Shown: one piece after another, positions 26,536 through 50,899 of the stretch
Layout: each line of letters opens with the position of its first letter
Position numbering within the stretch: position 1 is the stretch's first letter
Source: Marsupella aquatica
Lineage: Eukaryota > Plantae > Marchantiophyta
Direction of reading: 5' to 3'
NCBI GenBank assembly: GCA_973895155.1
Contig: OZ316898.1
Span: 8,853,079 to 8,917,078, forward strand
Length of the DNA stretch: 64,000 bases
Made by a program: the position numbers and the translations under genes
The notes under the pieces: model-generated
What the model saw: the letters and a program-made list of their open reading frames with translations, nothing else
Database searches by the model: none
What the model was told of the DNA's origin: nothing

Positions 26536-27749
26536 CTCTAGGAAGGATGGGATCTCTAGAAGGACCGAAAATGAAGTCTCTGAACAGGAGAAGGCGCAGT
26601 GACCCGATGTGTCGGACGAATCAGGCCTGTCGGTGGCAGATTTGTATTTCACCTAAATGGCCATGTTGCACGTTGTTTCCAGAGAAACTGTTTACTTAGC
26701 AGATATTTCCTATACAAGAGTTGCCTTCAGAGCTTAGACATTGTCTCGTACTGATCATGCAATAGGTGTTTCCGATGCTGGCTTGTCTGACTGGAATGTC
26801 TCCGGATAAGACAATTGGGTAGCATATCTACGGGACTCAGATCACATATTGACTGGAAACAGAGTCCAAAGACGTGGAGAGCCTAGTTTGAAAATATTCA
26901 TTCTATTCGTTAACCCTGTTTGTGAATCTTCCTCTGTAGTTGGATGGTTTCTTTCTCTTTTCTTTCAGGTTCAATGCCCTAATACTTTGACATGCACTAA
27001 CCAGACCATTGTAACTGTAGGTCCAGAGCATTCCATCCCATATTGTTATCAGTAACGAGAAGAAATGCATCTGGGAAGATGTGATAAACCCATGACAAAT
27101 GCCACAAAGGAAAATGTGATTTTTGTGTATGCTAAGGGTCTTTGATACGTCATCAAGACTCTCCTAGCCTAAGGCGGATTCCATATTTTCATTCTATTTC
27201 TCCTTCTAAACTGTCCCATGAAAAATGGCCTAACCGGGAGACAGGATAGTAAAGAAAAATAAAGGTAAAATGCTGGAAGACCGATGAGCCAAAAAGCCCA
27301 CAGGTCCCCCCTAAATGGCAAAGAAACTAAGTCCCTATCATTGAATAGTAGGCTGAAAACCCGGATAAGACTCTGGAATAAACAGCTTAGGAGCGTTAAG
27401 CAGTAAAAATACTCTAGAGGTGTTAAAACCAGCAGCCTCTGCTCGTGAAAAAGTTCAATTGAAGTAATGTGAAAAGCCCAAGAGCAATGTCACAAAAAAA
27501 AGAAGAAGATTCAGAAGATGTGACAAGCGTTGAAAACGCCTAGAAAGTACAGGTATACCAGCCTAAACGCAGGTGGCCCTCTAGGCGAACAGTAGGTCAA
27601 GCGAAACCTCGGAATAAAAGTAAGGAATCTGGCTCAAATGGGGTGAAGGAAGGTCGTCACAACCTCACCCGTCTGCTGTCATCTCCCAACTTGTTGAGAG
27701 CCCTCCCCCAGATTATTGTCGTCAAAGCACCAGTCTCCTGTAGCCTTGG

Positions 27750-28265
27750 CGGCCCTCTGGCGTAGGCCAAGGCTGCTACTTCGGAAGTTCGGAGTGTACC
27801 ATGGGGACCACCCTTTGTTTTGGGCCTTGATGTTTTGGGCCTTGATGTTTTGGGCCTTTCATAGATTTTCTTTCTTGTCACCAAAGAAATTATTAATTGA
27901 CATTTAAACGACTTTTCTACAAAAACCTTGGTCGGATGGATCACTCCTGTGAACTTTGAAGCCCCAATGGACCAAGTAATTTTGACCCAAAAAATGAGAA
28001 TGTTTTTCTAAATGGAAATTTCTCGCTGAGTACAAAGGAGGGTTCGTCCCAGTCCATCTGGGTCCATTGAAAGGTACATCGAGGCTCTTGCTTTTCTGAC
28101 GGACTTGTGTTTTCAATTTTTATTTGACAAAAAACACCTATGCTGCCCTCTGGCGGAGGCCAGGGCCACAACTTTGGAGTGTACCATGGGGACGAATCAT
28201 GGTTTAGGGGCTTCTGCATTTGATAGATTTTCTTTCTTGTCACCAAAGTACTTTTTATTTGACAC
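27750..28265. repeat. Direct repeat pair (about 27750-27905 and about 28145-28265) plus a 15-bp microtandem (tgttttgggccttga x3)
   Basis: Both copies share gccctctggcg.aggcca...ggagtgtaccatggggac...atagattttctttcttgtcaccaaag. Confidence 0.7.
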
Positions 28266-28585
28266 TTAAAGTTTTTTTATTATATTAAAACAATACTCAC
28301 ATGGACCACTCATATGAATTCCACAACCTGATAAAGTATACAATTTGAGTTTCCTTACAACGCATAATTACTATCTGAGTACACATGCACTAGGTTATTT
28401 TGCAATTCATCCAGGTTCTGAAAGTCTATCCCAGCATCTTGTTCTTCTTTTCAGTATGGCCAATTCTCCCCACCACAGCCTGGCTGTTGAGAGACTGGAA
28501 AAAAATAAACTCAAAAAATCTTGAAGTCATCAACAGGTCATGTCAGGAGTCCCTATCCTGCAAAAGAGCAAAATGAATGAATATT

Positions 28586-28961
28586 AGGGGGTCTCAATAT
28601 TCGGGCCATGTACACTTGGATGGTGTACAGGTATAGACAGTCTAGGGCAGGGGTTTGCAATACTGAGACACCCCGAGGCAGGCTGCACTTGGATTTTCAA
28701 GACTATCAAGTGATCCCAAAACAACAAGGGAGATAGGTGCCAAGAGCCCAAGAGCACCCATCATAAAAATTTTGAAATTTGGTATACATGGTTAAAATTT
28801 TGAAATTTGGTATACATGGTCACGGACAATGGCTAAAAATCGCAGCCTGGTCTTGTCTACCACCCTCCAGTCGCCTGTCACTTTTTGGGCCAGGGCTGTT
28901 CCGACCACAACTAGGACGCCAGTATTTCCCCAATCTTAAGACCCCCTATTTGAGACCCCCT
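28586..28961. mobile_element. MITE family B, copy 1 (TIR AGGGGGTCTCAA, ATT on both sides)
   Basis: att|agggggtctcaa ... ttgagaccccct|att. The right end and its flank are duplicated again at about 29004-29071. Confidence 0.7.
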
Positions 28962-30276
28962 ATTGTCAAACGTTTAGGTCCGTTCTAACCATGACTCGGA
29001 TGTCAGTATTTCACCACAGCCCAATATTAAGACCCTCTATTTGAGACCCCTATTGTCAAACGATGAGGTCCATCGGGGTGTGTTTTACATGTCTTTTTAG
29101 AGGTTTATTTACTCAAGTTTTGTTTCACAATAATAAAAGCGAGAGGCACCGGTAGGGCCCACTCTGTTCGGGCCGCGGACGGTAATTTGGGAGAATGATG
29201 CCCGTGCACACGCTTGGAGCTGAGCGCCCTCTCGACACGCGAAAGAGGGAGGAAGAATGCGAACAAAGGCCGCTCTGTCGTCTCAATGCTCGATCACTTC
29301 TCTGAGTTTCTCTCTCCCTCTGTCGCTCCTCTGTCGCTCCTCTGTTCCGCTTTGCTCTCTCCAATCTCCAATCTCCTTGGTTCCTCCTCATCCGCGGCCA
29401 TCTCATTGCTGCCATCGCTCTGCAGGAGCACTGCAAAGGACGCACGCAATTCGTGTCGAACGAACTTCAGTACCAGATTGGACAGGGTTTCAAGCACCCT
29501 GCGGCCCCTGCTGTGAAACGTATACTACTGCTGCCCTGAGCGCGCATGGGAGTCAGAGTAGAAGGACGATTAAAGCAATTGTGGAAGCCGTGCGTGGTTT
29601 CCTGTGGACGTCCGATTCCAATGTAAGGACGGGAGTGAAGGAAGGAAACTCGGGTTTGTTAGTGCTACCTCAGTCGGATTACGAGGATTGAATATTTTGT
29701 GGCGTCTGTCTAGTACGTACCCCATCGTCGATGTCTCGCTAAGTTTTTCGTTCTCTGAAATCTTCTTCTAGTCAATATTTCTGCAGACAAGTGGTACGAA
29801 TTGGAGGCTTAGTTTGTATGTGGATAGACGTGGGAGAGCTGTTATTTGGAATCCTGCGGCCTTGAAGAGGAGAGCTCATCATTGAATTTCTGTGATCTTA
29901 TCTGGGAGACTCGGTCAGAGACGAAGGATTCACTGTTGGCTGCTGGCAGAGGAATCATTCTGTCGACAAGAAGTGGCAAGCGCTGTAAATGTAGACAGTT
30001 GGAAGATGCATTTCCAGATCTTCTATCTTATCTGGACAGATTATTTAGTGTTTTAGTGGGAAGCGACGTAAACAGGGAATCAATCCTTGTCTACTGGAGG
30101 TCCAGGTGTACAAAGATCAGATTTGTACGTTCTGTTTACAACCCGAGTCCACCGCTAGCTGGTGGAACGTTAGGGTCTGATAAGCGACGGTCACATAGCC
30201 TGAGAGAAACCTTTAGATTGAGATTGAAGGAGTACCTTAGAGGAAGCTGATAATAAGTCGAGTGTAAGAAGCAAGG

Positions 30277-43913
<13,637 letters not shown>

Positions 43914-44807
43914 GAATCGCGCATGTTTGAATTCCTCCTGGAATTCATGTCACGGTGAAGCCACATTGGTTTGCTGCAGAACTCACCAGTGCATATCAGG
44001 TACGGTTCTAATCCCGGAATCTAAAATTTAGGGACTCTTTAGAAAGGTTTCTCGTGGCCGAGGTTCTCTGGGAGACCCAGGCATCGATGACTAGGTAGTT
44101 TGTAGTAATTTATTGGATCATCAGGAAGGGAGTCACCCACCTGTCAGCTGGCAAGTCCCAAATCTTGATTGCTGTTCTTGCTGGAACGACGGTCGTCGAA
44201 TTCGGCAGCCGTTTCTTGTACACTATTGTTAACGCACCTCATATTTCTGGACCATCAGTCCCAGAGAGGAGTGGCAATAAAGGCGATCATTGCTCATCTC
44301 TCCTTCCAGTCAGGTCGCATAGTTTCGAATTGACCAACTTTCTATTGTGTTCACTGATGTTATGAGTGCGCCATTGAGTCTTACGTCTGCAAATCCCTGA
44401 TTTAGTCCATATCTTCAAATTCACAATCCATTTGGAAATTGGAGAGAGAGCAATCTATAGCTATGTCACGTCTGCAAATTCCCGAATCAGCCCAGAATCT
44501 GCAAATGCACAATCCATTCGGAAAATGGAGAGAAAAATTTCGGGAGTTTTGTGTGGCGTGGATCAAGTGATGTTCTGTGTGATTGATGAGCCGGGTGTAA
44601 GAGAAATGGTGATCTAAATGACACTTTCAAGAATCAGAGGACTAGAGGCCTGTAGTTCGTTAGTACACATCGATTGCGTCGTAGGCAGCGGCTAATGTGC
44701 CAAAGAAGGACTCGTAATTGGCGGATATATGTGATCGCTACCAATATTAATAGTTAGAATTTCAAACATTGGTTACGACGTCCATGCATAACCGTGCAGC
44801 TTCGCCA

Positions 44808-45010
44808 CTCTCCCGTTCCCTATAATAGCAAATCTGGTCAGAGGCTCGAAAACATAGCAAAAGAAAATCAGTATAGCTCTCCCGTGATTTGTCCCATAAT
44901 TTAGCATTCTGGTCACTAAGCCTCAAAACAGAGCAAATTAAAGAAATCCTCAAACTCTCCGGTGATTTGTCCTATAATTGCAATTTGGTCAGAGCCTCAA
45001 AAACAGAACA
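44808..45010. repeat. Three diverged tandem copies of about 70-78 bp in the AAC 3' region
   Basis: ctctcc.gt...c.ataat..gca.t.tggtca...g.ctc.aaaca occurs three times. Confidence 0.65.
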
Positions 45011-45092
45011 GAGCCAACGAACATCTTCAAAGTCAAATTAGATAGGTCGTAGGTATATGTGAGGGACAGCGAGAGTTTGATATGTCAACTAG

Positions 45093-47719
45093 CTAGCCTC
45101 CACCTCCTCCTTTGTAAGCCTTGCCAAAGAAGATAAGTTGGAGCTGATCGTAACCCGATAGGACACCAGCTCCAGCCACGGCCCGTAAAATGTTGGCTCC
45201 TGCGCCTTTGAAGAGAGACTTGAATCCCTCCTTTTTGACAATTTGATTGAACGCTTCCATGGAGTTCTTGTACTTCACAGCCTCGCCAGACGTCATCATC
45301 ATGCGGCGCCTCACAGTGTCCAGTGGATATGAAGCCAACCCTGCAGGTGATACCCCATCCCAGGAAGAAACTGGCAGCAAAATTGCCCTGCAATGTTCGA
45401 TCGAGAATCAAAATCAATAAGTTTCAAGAGCCCTCATCTAAGCAAAGCTAGCTTGAGGGTCGTCAGACGTACAGAACCATCACAGACACTGTGCTTCTTA
45501 TGTCGACTAGTCAAGACCTCTCTCGTAACGTATATTTTGCTGCAGAAACTTGCGACATGACGGAAAACGTCCGTAAGCACAAGACGGCAAGAATCTTTTC
45601 AGCACTACCAAAATTTAGAGCCTCACAGCGATTTAAACCTTTAAGAGAAACTAAAAGATGTGCAGAGAGTATGATTTCTTGGTAAATTTCCCTCAGCATT
45701 ATGGCTGTAAGGCTCTTCCAGACCCAAAGACGAGTGAGACGAGCCATGACTTTCTTTGCATCAATGTCTCGAAGTAATATTCTACTGCAATACCATAGAT
45801 CCCCTCACTATGATTTATCAATTACGTAAGATGCTTTACTACGGTTGTATTATTCCTACCACATGCTTTCCATCACTTTCGGGCGGTCCTATTCATGTTC
45901 TAGCATAGGGCCCCTCACTATGATTGAATACGTAAGATTCTTCACTACGGATAAGTTACACTTCAATCAAGCAGACTTGACCACGTAAATCACAAAAGAT
46001 CTGTAACTGCTCTCAAACAGAAAAGACGAAAATCTGTGGCTTGCAAAATTTGACTAGAAATATTGAAGTGCAATGGAATAGGAGGACAAGATCTATTTCA
46101 TTGAAGTCCAATTCGTCAAATGTGAGTAACAACTTTCTCATGCAAAATAATACTGATACAAATAAATGTGTGCGAAAAAATTCTCGTAGAAAACCAGAGC
46201 TTCTAGATAACACTCTCGAGATTTTCGAGCAAGCGTGTGCAAATGATGGACATTAAGAAATGCACCTCAAGAGATCCGGTCAAGAGGACGGGCTTCAAGG
46301 AGTCGTAGAGTCCAAAGTAAAGACCACGGTAAACCACAATGCCAACGCAAGAGATGTTGAACCCTCGATACAATCCTGCGATACCATCAGATGCCAAGGT
46401 CTTCCTGTAGACATCAATGAGACCATTGAACTGCCTCTCCCCGCCTCCTTTCTTGGCTGATTTGGAGTCGTTGGCCAGTCGAGTTCGTGCGTAATCTAGT
46501 GAGTACACGAAGAACAGCGACGAGGCGCCTGCAGCACCCCCTGACGCCAAATTCCCTGCAAACCACTTCCAATATCCGTCTCTGTCTTTCTTCATTCCAA
46601 ACAGGTTGTGGAAAAAATCTTTGAACGCAAAGTTGAGAGCCTGCACTAAATTGCAGCAGACGGAAACGAGGTGTTCAGTTTGACGTACGCTTACACTGTA
46701 TTGTGACATTTAAATCACGATTTGAACGCGCAGTTATAGGCTAATTAAGCTAGTTGTCAATAGCCTGCAAGACCGATCGAACAAAAATACCTCAAGATAA
46801 CTACTAGCCATCATCGTAAGTACGGTAACTGAAGTATACAGTCACATAAAAGAACTGGTCATAAAACATTTTTGGAGCTCTGTGCAGAATTTGAGATTTG
46901 CTGAGCCAACTAGAAGTGCCTTCCATAACTGACAGGACACATTCTTGCAAGGCATGCAAGGACTAGTAAGATGAGCGATTAATTGGCGTGAAAGAGGTCT
47001 GGCAAGCTGAAAGATGATTGAGGTACCTGCGTGGGGAAATAACGAATGACATTGGCCAGATTACCCCGCCACAAAGCGCCAAATCCTTCATCTTTAATTG
47101 TTCTCGCAAAGCACTCTCCAACGCCCTTGTATGCAACCGCGAGTCGGCCGGACTTCAACATCTCATCTTGATTTTGTATCAATAATTTGACCCTCTCAAT
47201 CGGGGCTGCAGCTGTTTTGGAAACCGCGGCAGACACCCCTCCCATGGCAAAGTCGATGAGGAATCCATACGGCCCTTTATCCACTTTCCCGTCTTCTTTC
47301 GATCCACTTTTTCCCGACGCGCTTTCCTTACTGGACGGTATAAAAACTCTTCCAGTCGACAAAGCCGTTCCATAACATTGCAATTTGGCCGCTGCGGTCA
47401 ATGCAGGTCTGTCGGGGGACGCGTGGACAGCTGTTGGGTAAGAACAAAATGTTTTGTATATCTTGCCGATTGGAGAGACATCGGTACACATAAGACCTCC
47501 TCCTAGTTTCCCAGTCGGCAATTGATAAGGAGAATACGGTTGCTTTACCGTTCTAGCCTGTCGTCTGTCACTAAGCAACTGCGCTGACGAGTACACCTGG
47601 GAAGATCCCGCAGCAGACAATGGTGCTAATCTACTTGGCATGTAGGAAACAGAAACAATGTTTCTCAAAATGCTAACATCCAATCCTCGGCGGCGTTCCA
47701 TTAAACAGTCCATGGTCAT
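45093..47719 (-). CDS. AAC: Mitochondrial ADP/ATP carrier (adenine nucleotide translocator), frameshifted in its last exon; complement join(45093..45387,46266..46640,47027..47719)
   Basis: Motifs [50 protein letters not shown]|[21 protein letters not shown] and RRRMMM. Introns are GT-AG phase 0. The last exon is 295 nt, not a multiple of 3, with a frame switch at about 45345. The start codon could be 47719, 47713 or 47701. A 5'UTR intron with a donor near 48947 is likely. Confidence 0.9.
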
Positions 47720-49612
47720 GCTGTTAAACCTACTCTTTGCTGTGGTACAAGAGAAACACAAGAATCGTCTAGTTTTGGACAATCAAGATTCTCAAACTAT
47801 CAGACCCCTTGATGACAGTACTATCTGTATTGTATTGATCTATCAGCTCAAATTCTATCTCTAGTTTTTGTAGATTCTGCTTTATATCTACCCGACATTA
47901 CGGTGGAGGTTGCACGATCAGCTTATATTTTCAGTTTTGCTTGACACTTGATTACATTACGGCGTATTAATGAACTTCAACTCTGGAGCCTCATCGTCAT
48001 CTCGGATTCTGCTATCTGGAGAGTCTTCGTCATCTGCAATCCTATTTTCTTACGCATAGTCAATTTGGTGGAGTCGCAATGACGTCACCTTATGTTGAGG
48101 CTCAGCACGGCTTGAGAAAAAGGAAAGGTAGGAACCGCGTGTCCAAATATGTCGCAAGCCGTAGGGTGTGTCCCATTGGAGGTCAATCGTATACCAAATC
48201 GTCCCTCGCGTTACATAAGGGATGAGTATCTTATGACATTTTCAAATTTATTCTTGTGTGCTGGGGAGGAGTGTCGTCACAGATCCGTTCCCATGGCACT
48301 GACACTATTCTTGAAATTTGCGGCCGGATTCTTGAAGAGAGTTCCCTGGTTTCGAAACGCGCCAAACATGGACCATTGCGCACGACAGGCAAACGAACAA
48401 GAAAAAATCTAATGAACATCACCTCATAAAGAACGCAATCATGAGGCAAATTTGTTTCAATGCTCGATGCACCACATCCATGAGGACATGAAGTAACGCC
48501 CGTTCATCAACAGATCATTTTCAGATTACTTTCGTCCTTCCTCATCTGCACAACAACAACCTGTCTGGTGTCTATTCCACTCATTGAATGCTTGTCATTC
48601 AATTGGAAGGCCTCGGATTTAAAGTGCACCTTCGCCTGCTCGTGAGAATCTCTGGAATGCAAAGCTCCAAAGAAACAAAATTCTGGCTCGGTGAACTTAA
48701 CCAAGTTCATTAGTAGATTCAGTATTTAGTATTGCTTGACCGGGGTGTCATTTCAGTTTCCTCGCATTGAATCAAAATATGATCCAATGTCTCGATGTCG
48801 TCTTAAGTGCATCGATGAGAACCCTAAAAGGCTGAAATCTTGAACACCCTTTCTATCATTATTAGCCTTGACTATCGCCTCACTTCTGAATCTAAAATCA
48901 ATGCATTGAATTGCAGTGGAAAGGGACGGGAGGCGGCGCGAATAAACCTTGGCGGAATCCCCGATCTCCTGCTCCTGCCTCGAGCAGCCTCGAAGCAATG
49001 ATGTAGAGCAAGAAACAGAGAGTTTCCCAACCCAAAATCGCCAAAAATTACGAAACCAAGAACGGTAGCAGAAGCGATGGAGTTATGAGGTTATGGATTT
49101 ATGGCCTGAAGCCATAACTGCGTTCGTCCTCCACTTCTTCCACTCGGGAATCGACCTCTCAAATTCCCAATGATCGAGCTCACTCAGGTCGTCTTCACGT
49201 GAACTCGACCTCCCTCGCTACCCGACTCTGCAATGCGTCCAACTGCTCGACCTCCCCACCCGACTGCGCTGAATCCGACTCGGTACAACAAGTGTGCTCA
49301 ACGTTGCAGCTTGCGAACCATGGTCACAGTCATACTTCTCACCATACAAGAGCACAATCAGATGAGTGTTTTTTTTTTGGTAGGGAGCCAAGTAGGGTGG
49401 AGTGTGGCCAGTCATTTACGACAATTGGTATTTTTTTAGTCTGGGCCAGCCTAATTTTTAAGTGGTTGAGGGGATGTTTGGGCAATAATAGCCCCTTAAA
49501 CCACACTTTAATTGCCCCTTTACTTGTTATCCATAGCTACCATCAAAAGATACTTTTTCCTGAAATGTTGGAACAATTGGGGATGGTAAAGGAGAAAAAC
49601 GAGTCCAATATG

Positions 49613-49741
49613 GGGAAGGGGGAACTATTGGACACTTCCCTCTTATATATGGCCAGTGATGGTTTAAAAGTCATGCTGGGAAGGGGGAACTATTGGACAC
49701 TTCCCTCTTATATATGGCCAGTGATGGTTTAAAAGTCATGC
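49613..49741. repeat. Near-perfect tandem duplication, 2 x 65 bp
   Basis: gggaagggggaactattggacacttccctcttatatatggccagtgatggtttaaaagtcatgc at 49613 and 49678. Confidence 0.92.
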
Positions 49742-49877
49742 CAAAGTACTTTTTATTTGGGGGGCGGGGCCCACAATGCCTTCAGTGTTACCAAGGCCGT
49801 TATTTGTGTACAAACTGCCCGTAATAGTGTGAAAAACTAGTGACTATCAGATGGGCCAGTTTTTTTCTTACACTATT

Positions 49878-50199
49878 AGGGCGTCTCATATATGAGAAAA
49901 AAACTTCATTCACGGGCGGCCCGAGACGCACTCGGGCGCACCGCGAGAGGGTTGATGCGGGCCAACATTTTTTTGAGTACTGAATTATGACACGAGTCGC
50001 GGGTGTAAATGCCAATGGCCTATTGTTCGTTAACATTTCATTCCTTGTTCGTTTTTTGTAATCCCGGTCGGGCGGAGCTTTCCCGGGCGTGACTGGTCGG
50101 GCACCACAATCGGTGCCCAACCAGTCCTGTCCGGAGGCCCGGGCACTGATACTCCCGGGCGTGGAAAATTACTCAAACGCCCTATATTTGAGACGCCCT
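49878..50199. mobile_element. MITE family B-type, copy 2 (TIR AGGGCGTCTCA, ATT on both sides)
   Basis: att|agggcgtctcatatat ... atatttgagacgccct|att gives a 15/16 TIR match. The interior is GC-rich and keeps its CpGs. Confidence 0.8.
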
Positions 50200-50899
50200 A
50201 TTGGATTGCCCCAAGACCCATCCTAAGACCCAGATTGCTAACCCTGATGGCTACCATGCGCCATGCAGGCAGAACCTGCTGCTTTGGCCGTGCCATCTGG
50301 GCCTGCCCTGGCCCTGGCTGCTGCTGTCCTGTGGGGTGGGCCTGCTGACATTCCACCTCCCTGCCCGATGCCCATGCGTAGATGGGGAGGAGTAGAGAGG
50401 GGAAGAAAGGAAAATTAAGAAAATTAAAAGACATTGTTGCCTCCCTTTGCCTACTGCAGCCCTGCCCAAATGTGAAGGATTTCCCCGTCTTCTTTGGTGC
50501 TAGTTCAAACCTTCATCCCATTCCAGGTGTTGGTTCACGTCTAGGCAGTGACTTACATAGTGTACTAAGTCGTACATGTCATTGCCGCAGGACACAGCTA
50601 GCTCATCCCTCGTCCCATGTGCTTGGTTTGGGCCTCTTGTGGGAGCATAATGAAATTGGCACTTCAGCCTTAACAAACCATGTTCACTGTTTTTGTGTGA
50701 CTGCTTTTTCATGTCCACATTTGTGCATCTACGGAGTTCACAAGTTATGGGCTTCTATAGATATCACAAGTTATGGGCTTCTATAGATATCACTTGCATG
50801 ACATGGTGACTGAGTTACTCTGCCCTTTCTGTTTGTGCAGTATAGAGTTTTTATATTTACAATCGGGCTTACAATGCCACAATCATGTATTCATTTTGA

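Noticed and set aside
29846-30250. 134-aa ORF upstream of GLT1 as a gene or conserved uORF
   Set aside because: It has a non-ATG (TTG) start and no recognisable motif; it is probably 5'UTR or intron sequence.
45085-45417. Separate 110-aa gene
   Set aside because: It is the pre-frameshift frame of AAC exon 3 plus intron sequence.
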